From NCBI GenBank assembly GCA_965262725.1, contig OZ253555.1, forward strand, positions 3,232,001 through 3,296,000: DNA of 64,000 nt, given 5' to 3'. Origin of the DNA: Dehalococcoidia bacterium (GTDB taxonomy: Bacteria; Chloroflexota; Dehalococcoidia; UBA2979). The notes beneath the pieces were generated by a model. That model was not told the origin of the DNA. It searched no databases and saw nothing but the letters and a program-made list of their open reading frames with translations. Within the stretch, counting starts at the first letter, position 1. Each line of letters begins with the position of its first letter. Shown here in pieces: positions 36,677 to 48,537 of the stretch. The position numbers and the translations under genes are program-made.

Positions 36677-39186
36677 TCCCGATCCTCCACTGCTCGACCC
36701 GTCCCCGCCGCGCCCGGCGGGGCGGGAGCCGGAACGAGCTCCAGCCGCGACTCCGTCGCCGCCTCCACGGCCGGGCGCGAGAAGAGCAGCGGCCGGTAGC
36801 GGCCCGCGAGCATCTCCTCGACGCAGTCATCGTAGCGCGGGTGGCCCGGGATCCCGGAGACGCCGGTGGGGAGCAACGCGAGCGAGCGATCCGGATCCCC
36901 GAGATCGATGATCTGTCGATAGACCGGGACGTTCGCGGTCTGCTCCGGACCGTCGACGAGGCTATAGCCGGCCTGGCTCACGGTGTTGACGTCGCCCCCG
37001 GTCGGGAACGGGCCCCGGGACCAGAGGCGACCGAGGACGGGGACCGCGGCCAGCGCGTGATCCAGCCTCCGGCTGTGGACCGCGCCCCAGCTCCACGCGG
37101 CGGGATCGCCGCCGAGTCGCGCGCGCAGCGCGACGATCGCGCGACCGGACGCCGCGCGCAGCAGCCGGTCGCGGTCGGCCTGATCACGGAAGAGCGGCGG
37201 CCGGGGCGACTCGAGCAGGTCGAGCAGCCAGCCCTGAATCCGGTAGTGGAAGCTCGAGTGCGGCAGGCCGCCGGCGAGGCCCCGGCCGAGAACGACGCTC
37301 GCGGCGGGGCCGGCGGCGCGCGTCGCGACGGAGCGGGCGATCTCGAGGAAGGCGCCCTCGACGATCGCGGCGGCGGCGCTCGAGGCGAGAAGGCGCCCGT
37401 CCCAGGCCTCGAGGATCTCCCGCTCACCGCCGCCGCGCGGCGGCGGTGAGCCAGCGGCGAGCAGCAGGTCGCGCAGGCGCGCCATCGGCTCCGAGCGCAG
37501 GTCGAGCTGGACCGCCGCGAGAGAGGCGGCATCGTGGCTCTCGCGCTCGGCCAGGAGCTCCGCGATGCGCTCGGCGCGCCACGACTCGCACCATTCCTCG
37601 CCGAGCTCGAGCGGCCCTCCTGGCGCCTCGTTGGCGGAGAGCACAACGCCCGAGGCGGGATCGCGCAGCCGCGGCAGCTCCGACGGATCGCGCGACGGCG
37701 GCGGGCCGGGTGACAGATCCCCGGCGCGCGGGAGCAGCCCCTCCCCGAGCTCGCGGCGCTGCACGCGGCCGACCAGGCGGTAGCCGATGTGCCCCTCCGC
37801 GTGCGCATAGACGACGTTGAAGGTCGAGCTCGGCCAGAGGTCGAGCGCCGCGTCGAAGTCCCCGATGTTCCGCGCCCGCGCCAGCGCGAGCAGCGGGCCC
37901 ACTACATCACCGGGAGCGAGAGGCGTGGCGTGGAGTGCGATCGCCCGCTCCTCGCCGGGGAGCGCCGGCCCCACGACCGGACCGTGCCGCGTCTCCAGGA
38001 CCCGCTCGACGACCGGCTTGCCGCCGCGCACGCCGATCGTCTCCACGCGCCAGCGGCCGCGCGCCCACCCCTCGGGCGTCCGGTAGCGGCCGGGATCGTC
38101 CGGGTCCACCCGCTCGACATAGCAGTCGGCGACGTCGGCGAGGCCCGCCGTGAGCCCCCATGCGAGGGCGCCGTTGTGCCCCAGGGCCACGCCGGGAAGA
38201 CCCGGGATGTCGGCTCCCGCGACCCGCAGCGTGCCTCCCTCGAGGTGCACAAGGTGGAAGAACCCCGGGAGCCGGGGCGCGAGGTGCGGATCGGCAGCGA
38301 GCAAGGGCGCCCCCGTCTGGCTGCGACCGGCCGCGACGGCGAAGGCGTTGGAGGCGCCGCCGACCGCGGGGAGGCCGGCCGCGACGCCGGCCTCGCGCGC
38401 GGCGGCGTACGCGGCTAGCAGCCGCGCGAGGGCGCCGGGAGCCTCCGCGCCCGTCACGGTGCGTCGGGCGCCCGCGGAAGCGCCCCCGCCCGGCGGAGGG
38501 AGCGGTCCGGGTTCGGCGGCGGCGGCGCCGGCGGGTCCGAGCAGCCGCAGCAGCTCTGCGCGCAGCAGCTCGGTCTCCCAGTTCGTCGCGAACGTGAAGA
38601 GCAGGAGGCGCCCGACGAGCGTCGAGTGCCACGCGCGCCAGGGCTCCGGGCGGATGCCGAGCAGCGTGAACTCGGGCGGGAGGGCCGGCAACGTCGAGAG
38701 CCCGGCGTTCACGCCACCCGCGTATGCCGCGAGCGAGGCGCGATCGAGGGAAGAAGCGGCGTCGACATCACGCTGTGCGAGCTCGGCGAGGCCGAGTCGA
38801 CGCTGGAAGCGATCGGCCTGGAGCGCACGCGCGCCGAACACCTCGGCGAGGCGTCCCGCCGCCAGCCGGCGCAGCAGCTCCATCTGGAAGAGCCGGTCCT
38901 GCGCGTGCACCAGACCCTGTCCGAAGAGCGCGTCCTCCTCCGACGAGGCGAAGAGATGCGGTACGCCGTGCCGGTCCCGGAGCACCTCGACCGGCGTGCG
39001 GAGGCCCGCCACGGTGAGGCGGCCGGAGACGATCGGGTGCGACCGCTGGCTCGCATGGCGCACGGAGGCGGCGCCGAGGCGGGCGGCTCCCAGCACGCCG
39101 GAGAGAATCGCACCCAGCGTCTGCCCGGCTCCACCGCGACGGCGCCGCTCCGGCACCGCCCTCCGCTCCGACATCGACGTCCCCAC
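36673..39186 (-). CDS. Penicillin acylase family Ntn-hydrolase
   Basis: [25 protein letters not shown] (Ser nucleophile), DPHL, GHN, TRHGP. Confidence 0.92.
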   Translation of the reverse strand: MGTSMSERRAVPERRRRGGAGQTLGAILSGVLGAARLGAASVRHASQRSHPIVSGRLTVAGLRTPVEVLRDRHGVPHLFASSEEDALFGQGLVHAQDRLFQMELLRRLAAGRLAEVFGARALQADRFQRRLGLAELAQRDVDAASSLDRASLAAYAGGVNAGLSTLPALPPEFTLLGIRPEPWRAWHSTLVGRLLLFTFATNWETELLRAELLRLLGPAGAAAAEPGPLPPPGGGASAGARRTVTGAEAPGALARLLAAYAAAREAGVAAGLPAVGGASNAFAVAAGRSQTGAPLLAADPHLAPRLPGFFHLVHLEGGTLRVAGADIPGLPGVALGHNGALAWGLTAGLADVADCYVERVDPDDPGRYRTPEGWARGRWRVETIGVRGGKPVVERVLETRHGPVVGPALPGEERAIALHATPLAPGDVVGPLLALARARNIGDFDAALDLWPSSTFNVVYAHAEGHIGYRLVGRVQRRELGEGLLPRAGDLSPGPPPSRDPSELPRLRDPASGVVLSANEAPGGPLELGEEWCESWRAERIAELLAERESHDAASLAAVQLDLRSEPMARLRDLLLAAGSPPPRGGGEREILEAWDGRLLASSAAAAIVEGAFLEIARSVATRAAGPAASVVLGRGLAGGLPHSSFHYRIQGWLLDLLESPRPPLFRDQADRDRLLRAASGRAIVALRARLGGDPAAWSWGAVHSRRLDHALAAVPVLGRLWSRGPFPTGGDVNTVSQAGYSLVDGPEQTANVPVYRQIIDLGDPDRSLALLPTGVSGIPGHPRYDDCVEEMLAGRYRPLLFSRPAVEAATESRLELVPAPAPPGAAGTGRAVEDRE

Positions 39187-39273
39187 CCCGCGACCGCTCG
39201 TGGCGGGCGAGGGTACCCGGTCCGGGGCGGCGTCATCCCGCCGGCCCCGCGCCTGACCCGGCCGATCTCCCCC

Positions 39274-39813
39274 CTAGCGTCCTCCACCCGCCCCGCGGCC
39301 GAGGACGGAGGCCAGCTCCGCGAGCACGCGGTGCACGTGCCGGCGGGAGCCGGCGGCGCGACCCGAGGTGGAGGGCATGACCCAGAGCGAGGCGCCCTCG
39401 AGCTCAGAGGGCTGCCGGCCCCAGCTCCCCGCGGGGCGGAGCCCCGGGAACAGCACGTCAAACGCCCGGCCGCTCGTCAGGCAGACCGCCCGGGGCGGGG
39501 CGGCGGCGATCCGGGCGCGAAAGCCGGGCTCGGCCGCGCGCAGCTCCTTGTCGCTGACCTGGGTGCTGTCGGTGACGACCCGCTTCACGACGTCGGTGAA
39601 GCCGATCCCCTCCGAGGCCGGAAGCGAGCGATCGTCCACGGGCGCGAGGGTTCGCGCGACCAGCGGGGAGGCCGAGAGGGCGGCCCAGAATCCGTTGCCG
39701 CGGTGCGCATAATAGTGACCGCGCTCGGCCGATCGCTCGCCCGGATTGATCCCGACAAAGACCAGATCGAGCCCGGGCGCGAGGAGGTCGGGAAGGGTCT
39801 CTCGCTCCGCCAT
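39274..39813 (-). CDS. mug: G/U mismatch-specific uracil-DNA glycosylase
   Basis: [28 protein letters not shown]. Confidence 0.92.
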   Translation of the reverse strand: MAERETLPDLLAPGLDLVFVGINPGERSAERGHYYAHRGNGFWAALSASPLVARTLAPVDDRSLPASEGIGFTDVVKRVVTDSTQVSDKELRAAEPGFRARIAAAPPRAVCLTSGRAFDVLFPGLRPAGSWGRQPSELEGASLWVMPSTSGRAAGSRRHVHRVLAELASVLGRGAGGGR

Positions 39814-39879
39814 CCGGCCCTCCCTTGCCCGATCCACGCGCCCGGATCCGGCACGGCCTGGTGCGCCCGGCCCGCCGCC

Positions 39880-40497
39880 TCAGGCGGGAGGAGACCCGCC
39901 CGTTTCGGCGATCCCGAGCTCCCCGGCGGTGATCGGCCCCTCGCGCAGGAGCACCGGCGGGTCGCGCGTGAGGTCGACGACGGTGGAGGGGCCGAGGCCC
40001 GCGCGCTCGCCGCCGTCGAGGACGAACAGCTCGTCGCCGAAGCTCCGGGCCACGCCGGCCGCGCTCGTCGCCGGCGCCTCGCCGCTGAGGTTCGCCGAGG
40101 TCGCCGCGATCACGCCACCCGCCGCGCCGATCACGGCGCGCGCGAGCGCGTCGTCGGGCTGCCTCACGCCGACCGTCCCCTCTTCCGTGACGACCGCGAT
40201 CCCGGCTCCCGCCCGTGCGCGCACGACCGCAGTCAGGGCGCCCGGCCACAGGGCGCGTACGCGATCGAGTGCGCCCGACTCGGCCAGCAGGGGCAGCACC
40301 GCCTCCACCGACTCGACGAGCAGCTGGAAGGGCTGGCCGGGGGGGCGGCCCTTGAGCGCCGCCATCCGCTCCACGGCCTCCCGATCGTCGGCCCGCGCGG
40401 CGAGTCCGTAGACCGTCTCGGTCGGGATCGCAACCACCTCACCGCGCGCAAGGGCCGACGCCACCTCCCCGAGACGATCCGGCCCGACGATCGGCAT
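39880..40497 (-). CDS. tsaC: L-threonylcarbamoyladenylate synthase (TsaC/Sua5 YrdC domain)
   Basis: [33 protein letters not shown]. Confidence 0.92.
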   Translation of the reverse strand: MPIVGPDRLGEVASALARGEVVAIPTETVYGLAARADDREAVERMAALKGRPPGQPFQLLVESVEAVLPLLAESGALDRVRALWPGALTAVVRARAGAGIAVVTEEGTVGVRQPDDALARAVIGAAGGVIAATSANLSGEAPATSAAGVARSFGDELFVLDGGERAGLGPSTVVDLTRDPPVLLREGPITAGELGIAETGGSPPA

Positions 40498-40599
40498 GAA
40501 CCGGCTCCGTGTTCCCCGCCCCCGGGGCGGCGGCGCGTCTCCCCGGGCCCATGCTACGATGCGCCCGTCGACGGTCCTCCCCCGAGCCACCGGAGCCCG

Positions 40600-42264
40600 A
40601 TGGTCGAGCAGACCGACGTATCCGCCCCTGCGGATCGGATTCGCATCTCCGGCGACAACGAGGTGTCGACCTATCTGGAGATCGCCGAGGCGCGCGAGCC
40701 CGGCCAGCTCCTGACCCCGGCGCCCAACGCCCCCGAGGCGGTCGTCGTGGTCGACTACGGCTCGCAGTACTCCATGCTCATCGCCCGGCGCATCCGTGAG
40801 GCGAACGTCTACTCCGAACTCGTGCCGTGGCACGCGGGACCGGAGGCCCTGGCGCATCTGCGCGTCAAGGGTTTCGTGCTCTCCGGCGGCCCCGCCTCGG
40901 TCTACGCCCCGGGCGCTCCGTCCCTCCCCTCCTACGTGCTCGCCTCGGGGTTGCCGGTGCTCGGCATCTGCTACGGGATGCAGCTCTTGACCCACGCGCT
41001 CGGCGGGCGTGTCGCACCCTCCTCCTCGCGGGAGTACGGGCACGCCGTCATTACCGTCTCCGACCCGTCGAACCCGCTCCTCGACGGGCTCCCGGCCTCG
41101 CTTCCGGTCTGGATGTCGCACGGTGACCGCATCGTCGACCTGCCTCCCGGATTCCGCTCGATCGCGCACTCCGAGAACAGCCCCGTCGCTGCGATGGCGA
41201 ACGAGACGGGCTACCTCGGTCTGCAGTTCCACCCCGAGGTGGTACATACGCCCGAGGGCGATCAGCTGCTGCTCAACTTCCTCACCAACATCGCGGGCTG
41301 CGCCGGCGACTGGACGCCCGCCTCCTTCGTGGAGGAGTCCATAGCAACGATCGCCGACCAGGTGGGTACGGGGCGGGTCATCTGCGCGCTCTCCGGCGGC
41401 GTCGACTCGGCGGTGGCGGCGACGCTCGTCCACCGCGCCGTCGGCGACCAGCTCACGTGCATCTTCGTGGACAACGGCCTGCTGCGCGCCGAGGAGGCGG
41501 AGCGGGTCGTCTCGACGTTCCGCGAGCACATGGCGATCAATCTCATCCACCTCGAGGCCCAGGAGCGCTTCATCAGCGAGCTCGGCGGCATCACCGACCC
41601 CGAGCGGAAGCGCCGCCAGATCGGCGAGACCTTCATCCACGTCTTCGAGGAGGAGGCGGCGCGCCTCGGCGAGGTCGACTTCATCGTGCAGGGGACGACA
41701 TACCCCGACGTGATCGAGTCGGCCTCGACGGGTTCCGCGGCGGCGAAGATCAAGACCCACCACAACGTCGGCGGGCTCCCCCCCGATATGCGCCTCTCGC
41801 TCGTCGAGCCGCTGCGCAACCTCTTCAAGGACGAGGTGCGGCGCGCCGGCAAGGAGCTCGGTCTCGTCGACGAGATCGTCTACCGGCAGCCCTTCCCGGG
41901 CCCCGGCCTCGCGATCCGCGTGATCGGCGAGGTGACGACTGCGAAGCTCGACATCCTCCGCCGCTGCGATTGGATCGTGATGGACGAGGTGAAGCGCGCC
42001 GCCGTCTACTACGACCTGTGGCAGGCGTTCGCCGTGCTGACCGACACGCGCACGGTCGGCGTGCAGGGCGATCACCGCACCTACGGCTACTGCGTCGCGC
42101 TGCGCTGCGTGACGGCCGAGGATGCGATGACGGCCGACTGGGCGCGTCTCCCTTACGACCTGCTCGCTCGCATCTCCTCGCGCATCGTGAACGAGGTGCC
42201 GGAGGTGAACCGCGTCGTGTACGACATCACCTCGAAGCCGCCGGGCACGATCGAGTGGGAGTAG
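40600..42264 (+). CDS. guaA: GMP synthase (glutamine-hydrolysing)
   Basis: [42 protein letters not shown]. Confidence 0.97.
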   Translation: MVEQTDVSAPADRIRISGDNEVSTYLEIAEAREPGQLLTPAPNAPEAVVVVDYGSQYSMLIARRIREANVYSELVPWHAGPEALAHLRVKGFVLSGGPASVYAPGAPSLPSYVLASGLPVLGICYGMQLLTHALGGRVAPSSSREYGHAVITVSDPSNPLLDGLPASLPVWMSHGDRIVDLPPGFRSIAHSENSPVAAMANETGYLGLQFHPEVVHTPEGDQLLLNFLTNIAGCAGDWTPASFVEESIATIADQVGTGRVICALSGGVDSAVAATLVHRAVGDQLTCIFVDNGLLRAEEAERVVSTFREHMAINLIHLEAQERFISELGGITDPERKRRQIGETFIHVFEEEAARLGEVDFIVQGTTYPDVIESASTGSAAAKIKTHHNVGGLPPDMRLSLVEPLRNLFKDEVRRAGKELGLVDEIVYRQPFPGPGLAIRVIGEVTTAKLDILRRCDWIVMDEVKRAAVYYDLWQAFAVLTDTRTVGVQGDHRTYGYCVALRCVTAEDAMTADWARLPYDLLARISSRIVNEVPEVNRVVYDITSKPPGTIEWE

Positions 42265-42268
42265 CGGC

Positions 42269-43582
42269 GTGAGGGTGCTGCTGCTGGGCTCCGGCGGCAG
42301 AGAGCACGCGATCGCCTGGGCGCTGGCGCGCTCGGCGCGGCTTGCGAAGCTGTGGACGGCTCCCGGCAACGCCGGCACCGCCGACTTCGGCGAGAACGTC
42401 CCGGGCGTCCCCGTCGCCGATCCCGAGGCCGTGGCGACGCTCGTGCGCCGACTGCGCCCCGATCTGGTCGTGATCGGACCCGAGGATCCGCTCGGCGCCG
42501 GCGTCGCCGACCGCCTCGTGGTGGAGGGCGTGCCGGTCTTCGGACCCACGGCGGCTGCCGCCGAGATCGAATCCTCCAAGGCCTTCGCCAAGGGCCTGAT
42601 GTCCCGCGCCGGCATCGCCACCGCTGCGGCGCGCTCCTTCGCCGACGCGGCCGCCGCCGTCTCCTACCTGCGCGAGCTCGCTCCCGGCGACCGGGCCGCG
42701 GGTTCGGGCGTCGTGGTCAAGGCGGACGGCCTGGCCGCCGGCAAGGGCGTCACCGTCTGCGACACGCTGGCCGAGGCGGAGGCCGCCGTCGAGTCGGCGT
42801 TCTCCGGCGTCTTCGGCGCCGCCGGGGAGCGCGTCCTGATCGAGGAGCGGCTCAGCGGCCGCGAGACCTCGGCCCACGCCTTCACCGACGGAGCGAGCGT
42901 CGCGCACATGCCGTTCTCCTGTGATCACAAGCCCGTCTTCGACGGCAACCGCGGGCCGAACACGGGCGGGATGGGCTGCTACTCGCCCCCGGGCTGGCTC
43001 GACGCAGGCGATATCGAGCGAATCGAGCGCGACGTGACGGAGCGGGCCATCGCACAGCTGGCGGCGGAGGGGCGGCCCTACCGGGGCGTGCTCTACCCCG
43101 GCTTGATGATGACTGAGGAGGGCCCGCGCGTCATCGAGTTCAACAGCCGCTTCGGCGACCCGGAGACCGAGGTGCTGCTCCCCCGGCTCCAGACCGAGTT
43201 GCTCGCGATCTTCGAGGCGGTCACCGCGAACCGGCTCGGCGAGCTCGAGGTGGAGTGGGATGAGCGCGCCACGGTCGGCGTGATGATGGCCTCGCCCGGC
43301 TACCCCGGCTACTACCCGCGCGGCGCCGAGATCACCGGCACCGACGCGGTCGACCCCGAGGTCCACGTCTTCTTCGCCGGCGCCGAGCGCGCAGAGAGCG
43401 GCCGACTGGTGACGGCCGGCGGCCGCGTGCTCTGCGTCGTCGCGGCGGGCGACACGCTTCGGGAGGCGCGCGCGCATGCCTACGACAATGTCGCACGCAT
43501 CTCCTTCGACGGCGCCCACTACCGGAGTGACATCGCTCTCGACGCGGGGCCCGTTCAGGTGGGCAGCGGCGCCTCGTCGTGA
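42269..43582 (+). CDS. purD: Phosphoribosylamine-glycine ligase
   Basis: [42 protein letters not shown]. Confidence 0.97.
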   Translation: MRVLLLGSGGREHAIAWALARSARLAKLWTAPGNAGTADFGENVPGVPVADPEAVATLVRRLRPDLVVIGPEDPLGAGVADRLVVEGVPVFGPTAAAAEIESSKAFAKGLMSRAGIATAAARSFADAAAAVSYLRELAPGDRAAGSGVVVKADGLAAGKGVTVCDTLAEAEAAVESAFSGVFGAAGERVLIEERLSGRETSAHAFTDGASVAHMPFSCDHKPVFDGNRGPNTGGMGCYSPPGWLDAGDIERIERDVTERAIAQLAAEGRPYRGVLYPGLMMTEEGPRVIEFNSRFGDPETEVLLPRLQTELLAIFEAVTANRLGELEVEWDERATVGVMMASPGYPGYYPRGAEITGTDAVDPEVHVFFAGAERAESGRLVTAGGRVLCVVAAGDTLREARAHAYDNVARISFDGAHYRSDIALDAGPVQVGSGASS

Positions 43583-44046
43583 GCGACGGCGGGGCGGCGG
43601 CGCCCGCCGTGCGCTGCCCGATGCGGGAGTGCCGCCGGGCCATCTCGCTCGGCGCCCTGCCGGCCTTCCCGGAGCCGGTTCCGCGCGCGCCCTGCCTGCA
43701 CTTCATCGCGGCGTGGGGGCCAGCTCCCGATCGCGCGCCGCTCGCCGAGGAGGCGCTCTTCGCCCTGGAGGGAAACCGCGAGTTCGTGATCCGCAGCCTC
43801 AGAGCCCGGGACGTCGCCCCGCGAGCGCTCGACGCGCGCCGCCTCGAGATCGAGGCGGCGTGCCGCCGCTTCGCCCACGCCATCGACGCCGATGGGTGCC
43901 CTCACCCATCCGGTGACGTACCATCCAAGGGTTCCGCAAGTTGGGGCGTGCTCTTCGGGGACCCCTACGAGCGCGACGCGGTCGCCCGGGAGTTTGCGCG
44001 GCTGCTTCTGGGTGCTGCCCCGGACGGCCGGGGAAGCTGGCCATGA
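43579..44046 (+). CDS. Hypothetical Cys-containing protein inside the pur operon
   Basis: Start overlaps the purD stop (GTGA) and stop overlaps the purB start (ATGA); CPMREC and PCLHF. Confidence 0.7.
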   Translation: MSDGGAAAPAVRCPMRECRRAISLGALPAFPEPVPRAPCLHFIAAWGPAPDRAPLAEEALFALEGNREFVIRSLRARDVAPRALDARRLEIEAACRRFAHAIDADGCPHPSGDVPSKGSASWGVLFGDPYERDAVAREFARLLLGAAPDGRGSWP

Positions 44047-45428
44047 TCCCCCGCTACTCCGTGCCCGAGATGACCGCCGTCTGGAGCGACGAGCAGAAGT
44101 TCCAGCGCTGGCTCGATGTCGAGATCGCGGTCGTCGAGGCGTGGGCCGAGGCCGGCGCCGTCCCGCCGGAAGATGCGCGCACCATCGCCCGCGATGCCCG
44201 TGTCCATGTCCCCGACGTGCTCCGCTATATCGACGAGACGCACCACGACGTGACCGCCTTCCTGCGCTCGGTCGCCGACTCGCTGGGACCCGAGTCGCGC
44301 TGGGTGCACTACGGGCTCACCTCGCAGGATGTCTGGGACACGGCGACCAGCCTGCAGCTCCGAGCGGCGCTCGATCTCCTCGAAGCTGACCTCTCGCGGC
44401 TGTGCGACGTCGTGGCGAGGCGGGCGCTCGAACACCGCGGCACCATCTGCGTCGGCCGCACGCACGGGGTGCACGCGGAGCCGACGACCTTCGGGCTGAA
44501 GCTCGCGGTCTGGTTCGACGAGATACGCCGCCAGCAGGAGCGGCTCGGGAGCGCGCGCGCAACGGTCTCCGTCGGCCAGATGTCCGGCCCCGTCGGGACG
44601 CACGCCACCGTGCCGCCGGCCGTCGAGGAGGCGGCCTGCCGACGCCTCGGGCTCGCCGTGGCGCCCGTCACGACGCAGGTGCTGCAGCGCGATCGGCACG
44701 CGCATCTCGTCTCCGTCCTCGCGGGCGTCGGAGCCTCGCTGGAGCGCTTCGCGACCGAGATCCGCGGGCTCCAGCGCACGGAACTGCGCGAGGCGGAGGA
44801 GCCGTTCGAGGAGGGGCAGACGGGCTCCTCCTCGATGCCCCACAAGCGGAACCCCGAGCTCTCCGAGCGGGTCTGCGGTCTCGCACGCCTGCTGCGCGGC
44901 TACGCCCACGTCGCCCTGGAGAACGTGGCGCTCTGGCACGAGCGCGACATCTCGCACTCGAGCGCCGAGCGGATCGTCCTCCCCGACGCGACGGGACTCC
45001 TCTCCTACGCGCTCCGGCTCTTCACCGGCGTGATGGAGGGGCTACGGGTCTACCCGGAGCGGATGCGTGCCAACCTCGAGTCGACGCGGGGGCTCGTCTA
45101 CTCGCAGCGGGTGCTGCTGGCTCTGATCGAGAGCGGGCTCGCGCGCGAGGAGGCCTACGCCGTCGTACAGAGGCATTCGATGGCAGTGTGGGACGCGCCT
45201 GCGGGCGCATTGGTCGGCCCGCCGACCCTGCGGGAGCTGCTCGCCGCCGATCCCGCGGTCAGGGGGCGCCTCGACGAGGCGCGGCTCGACGAGATCTTCG
45301 ACCCGCGCGCCTACCTCGTGCACGAGGACGAGTCGTTCCGCCGTCTCGGCCTCCTGCCTGAGGCGGCGGCGCCCTCCCCGGGCGCGGACGCCTCACGTGA
45401 CGGAGCCGGGGACCGCGAGGCGTCGTGA
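44043..45428 (+). CDS. purB: Adenylosuccinate lyase
   Basis: MIPRYS, HYGLTS.D, GRTHGVHAEP, GSSSMPHKRNP. Confidence 0.97.
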   Translation: MIPRYSVPEMTAVWSDEQKFQRWLDVEIAVVEAWAEAGAVPPEDARTIARDARVHVPDVLRYIDETHHDVTAFLRSVADSLGPESRWVHYGLTSQDVWDTATSLQLRAALDLLEADLSRLCDVVARRALEHRGTICVGRTHGVHAEPTTFGLKLAVWFDEIRRQQERLGSARATVSVGQMSGPVGTHATVPPAVEEAACRRLGLAVAPVTTQVLQRDRHAHLVSVLAGVGASLERFATEIRGLQRTELREAEEPFEEGQTGSSSMPHKRNPELSERVCGLARLLRGYAHVALENVALWHERDISHSSAERIVLPDATGLLSYALRLFTGVMEGLRVYPERMRANLESTRGLVYSQRVLLALIESGLAREEAYAVVQRHSMAVWDAPAGALVGPPTLRELLAADPAVRGRLDEARLDEIFDPRAYLVHEDESFRRLGLLPEAAAPSPGADASRDGAGDREAS

Positions 45429-46375
45429 CGCTCCCGGAGAACCCGGTCGCCGGGCCGCCGCCCATGCTGGAGAGCCCGCCGGGCGGCGTACGCGCGCCGC
45501 GGCTCGCGAGTGGCAAGGTGCGCGAGATCTACGAGCTCCCCGGCGACCGGCTGCTCCTCGTGGCCACCGACCGCATCTCGGCCTACGACGTGGTCCTGCC
45601 GCAGGGGATCCCGGGCAAGGGGGAGGTGCTGACGCGCCTCTCGGCGCACTGGTTAGAACGGACCCGGGCGGTCGTACCGACCGCCTTCGTCGCCGTGCTC
45701 GATCAGTCGAACGCGAGGGCCCTCGGCGTCGACGCCGACCCGGCCTTCTTCGGCCGATCGATGGTGATGCGGCGGGCCGAGCCGCTCCCCGTGGAGTGCG
45801 TCGTTCGCGGCTACCTCGCGGGCTCGGGGTGGACCGACTACGAGCGTTCGGGCTCCGTCTCCGGGATCGAGCTGGCACCCGGGCTGCGCCACGCCGACCG
45901 CCTCTTCGAGCCGATCTTCACGCCGTCGACGAAGGCCTCCAGTGGGCACGACGAACCCATGACGCTCGAGCAGGTGCAGAGCGCGGTGGGTGCGCAGCGC
46001 GCGGAGGTGCTGCGGCTGCGCTCGCTCGCCCTCTACCGCTACGGGGCGGAGCGCGCGGCGGAGCGCGGTATCCTCGTCGCCGACACGAAGTTCGAGTTCG
46101 GCCTGATCGACGGGGAACCAGTCTTGATCGACGAGGTGCTGACGCCCGACTCCTCGCGATTCTGGCCCGCCGACAGCTACCGACCCGGGGCTCAGCAGGA
46201 GTCGTTCGACAAGCAGCCGTTGCGCGACTGGCTCCTCGCCAGCGGCTGGGATCGGTCGCCGCCTCCGCCCGATCTCCCCCCCGACGTCGTGCGCGCGACC
46301 GCCGATCGCTACCGGCGCGCCTACGAGCTCTTCACCGACCCACCCCCGGCCCGAGCGGCGGGGGCCCTCGCGTGA
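45425..46375 (+). CDS. purC: SAICAR synthase
   Basis: SGKVREIY, TDRISAYD, ECVVRGYL.GS, DTKFEFG, DEVLTPDSSRFW. Confidence 0.96.
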   Translation: MTLPENPVAGPPPMLESPPGGVRAPRLASGKVREIYELPGDRLLLVATDRISAYDVVLPQGIPGKGEVLTRLSAHWLERTRAVVPTAFVAVLDQSNARALGVDADPAFFGRSMVMRRAEPLPVECVVRGYLAGSGWTDYERSGSVSGIELAPGLRHADRLFEPIFTPSTKASSGHDEPMTLEQVQSAVGAQRAEVLRLRSLALYRYGAERAAERGILVADTKFEFGLIDGEPVLIDEVLTPDSSRFWPADSYRPGAQQESFDKQPLRDWLLASGWDRSPPPPDLPPDVVRATADRYRRAYELFTDPPPARAAGALA

Positions 46376-46656
46376 GCCGCTACGTCGCGCACGTCACGGT
46401 GATGCTCAAGCCGCTGGTCAACGATCCGGCGGGGCTCGCTGTGCGCGACGGCCTGCACGCGCTCGGCTTCGACGGCGTCGAGGCGGTCCGCGTGGGCAAG
46501 CGCCTGGAGGTGACTCTCAGCGCCCCCGGCGCCGACGAGGCGACCCGCCGCGTGCGCGCGATGTGCGACCAGCTGCTCGCCAACCCCGTGATCGAGGACT
46601 TCCGCGTCGAGATCGACGGGGCACCCGATACCACCGCGACCCCACACCCGGCCTGA
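46372..46656 (+). CDS. purS: Phosphoribosylformylglycinamidine synthase subunit PurS
   Basis: V.LKP.VNDP.G, VRVGK, MCDQLLANPVIEDF; GTG overlaps the purC stop. Confidence 0.93.
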   Translation: MSRYVAHVTVMLKPLVNDPAGLAVRDGLHALGFDGVEAVRVGKRLEVTLSAPGADEATRRVRAMCDQLLANPVIEDFRVEIDGAPDTTATPHPA

Positions 46657-46753
46657 GGCTGCCGCGGCGCTCCCCCACCCTCCCGCGGATCCGTCGCGTG
46701 CTCCGTGGCGCCGTGTTGAAGCGCGCACTCGGGCCGCGTATCGTCGCGCCACG

Positions 46754-47632
46754 ATGCTCGCGGGCAGCCCCTCCCCCCTGTCGGTCGAGGAGAGCTACGA
46801 GCGGTGCGCGGCGCTCGCCCGATCGCACTACGAGAATTTCACGGTCGCCTCCCGCTTCCTCCCCGTGGAGATGCGCAGGCACCTCTACGCAATCTACGCC
46901 TTCTGCCGGACCGTGGATGACCTCGGCGACGAGCATCCGGGCGACCGGATCCACGCCCTCGACCTCTGGGAGCAGGACCTCCTCCGGTGCTACGGGGGGA
47001 CGCCGCGTCACCCCTACCTGGCAGCCCTGAAGGCGACGGTCGCGCGCTTCGACATCCCCGAGGAGCCGTTCCTGCGGTTGATCGAGGCCAACCGCATGGA
47101 CCAGCGGGTGACCAGGTACCGCACCTACGGCGACCTCGAACGCTACTGCGAGAACTCGGCGAATCCGGTGGGGCGGCTCGTCCTCTACGTCAGCGGCTAC
47201 CGGGACGAACCGCGGCAACTCCTCTCGGACGCCACGTGCACGGCGCTGCAGCTCACCAATTTCTGGCAGGACATCGCCCGCGACCACGAGATGGGTCGCA
47301 TCTATCTCCCGCTCGCGGATCTGGAGCGCTTCGGCTACACCGAGCACGATCTCGACCGCCGCGTCGTCAACGACGCCTTCCGGGAGCTGATGGCGTTCCA
47401 GCTGGAGCGGACGCGGGCGCTCTTTCGCCGGGGTGGGGAGCTCCTCGAGACGCTCGACGGGTGCGTCAGGCTGGACGTGGCGCTCTTCTCCGCGGGTGGC
47501 CTCCGCGTGCTCGAAATGATCGAGGACCGAGGCTACGATGTCCTGAGCAGCCGTCCCGCCCTCTCGGGCACGGCGAAGCTCATCCTGATGGCGAAGACGC
47601 TCGCCAGGCTGAGCGTCCTGCGCAGGGTCTGA
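46754..47632 (+). CDS. hpnC: Hydroxysqualene synthase HpnC
   Basis: HYENFTVAS, YAFCRTVDDLGDE, SANPVGRLVL, LQLTNFWQD, GRIYLP. Confidence 0.9.
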   Translation: MLAGSPSPLSVEESYERCAALARSHYENFTVASRFLPVEMRRHLYAIYAFCRTVDDLGDEHPGDRIHALDLWEQDLLRCYGGTPRHPYLAALKATVARFDIPEEPFLRLIEANRMDQRVTRYRTYGDLERYCENSANPVGRLVLYVSGYRDEPRQLLSDATCTALQLTNFWQDIARDHEMGRIYLPLADLERFGYTEHDLDRRVVNDAFRELMAFQLERTRALFRRGGELLETLDGCVRLDVALFSAGGLRVLEMIEDRGYDVLSSRPALSGTAKLILMAKTLARLSVLRRV

Positions 47633-47643
47633 CGGGCGGTCGC

Positions 47644-48537
47644 ATGGACCCCGCCGAGCGACTCGATCTCAGGCAGGCGTACGATCACTGCCGGCTCATC
47701 ACCAGGACGCACGCGCGCAACTTCTACTACGCCTTCCTGACGCTGCCGGCGCCGAAGCGGCGCGCCATCTATGCGACGTACGCGTTCTGCCGGCTCTGCG
47801 ACGACATCGCCGACGATGACATTCCCGCTGCCAGAAAGCGGGAGATGTTCTCCGACACGAGGCGCCGCCTCGAGCGGATGCTCGAGGCGGACGCGGCCTC
47901 ACCACACCCGATCTTCGATGCCCTGGCCGACACCGCCAGGAGGTACGGGATCCCTGTCGGCTACTTCGAGGAGATACTCGAGGGCGTCGAGATGGACCTG
48001 ACCCAAAGCAGGTTTCGCACCTTCGACGAGCTGAAGGCCTACTGCTACAAGGTCGCCTCCGTCGTCGGCCTGGTGTGCATCGAGATCTTCGAGTACGACG
48101 ACGCGAGGGCCAGGGACTACGCGGTCGCCCTCGGCATCGGAATGCAGCTGACCAACATCATCCGGGACGTTCGGGAAGACGCCGACATGGGTCGGATCTA
48201 TATCCCCGCCGAGGAGATCGCGCTGTACGGCTACTCGGAGGCGGAACTCTTCCGGGGTGTGGTCAACGAGCCGTTCCTCCGGCTGATGAGATTCCAGGCG
48301 GACCGGGCCCGGGAGTACCTGCGCGAGGGACGGCGCCTGCTTCCGCTCCTGGCGGGCCGCTCCCGGGCCTGCCCGGCCGTGCTGCACGACATCTACAGCG
48401 CGGTGCTCGACCGCATCGAGGCGAGCGGCTTCCGGGTGTTCGAGGGGCGCATCGCGCTCAGCACGCGCGAGAAGCTCCTTATCATGGCCAGGACATGGAC
48501 GAGGACTATGCTGCCGCTCCCCGCCCGCGCTCCGTAG
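47644..48537 (+). CDS. hpnD: Presqualene diphosphate synthase HpnD
   Basis: NFYYAF, YAFCRLCDDIAD, YCYKVASVVG, QLTNIIRDV.ED, GRIYIP; lies between hpnC and hpnE. Confidence 0.88.
   Translation: MDPAERLDLRQAYDHCRLITRTHARNFYYAFLTLPAPKRRAIYATYAFCRLCDDIADDDIPAARKREMFSDTRRRLERMLEADAASPHPIFDALADTARRYGIPVGYFEEILEGVEMDLTQSRFRTFDELKAYCYKVASVVGLVCIEIFEYDDARARDYAVALGIGMQLTNIIRDVREDADMGRIYIPAEEIALYGYSEAELFRGVVNEPFLRLMRFQADRAREYLREGRRLLPLLAGRSRACPAVLHDIYSAVLDRIEASGFRVFEGRIALSTREKLLIMARTWTRTMLPLPARAP

Noticed and set aside
42200-42270. guaA 3' end as an island integration site
   Set aside because: purD follows after 4 nt, and no integrase or duplicate of the guaA end was seen in the window.
38626-42621. 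Very long ORF-track entries (1212 aa on +, 913 aa on -) suggesting fusions with GuaA or TsaC
   Set aside because: They are stop-poor GC-rich extensions antisense to real genes; the true starts are near 40600 (guaA) and 40497 (tsaC).
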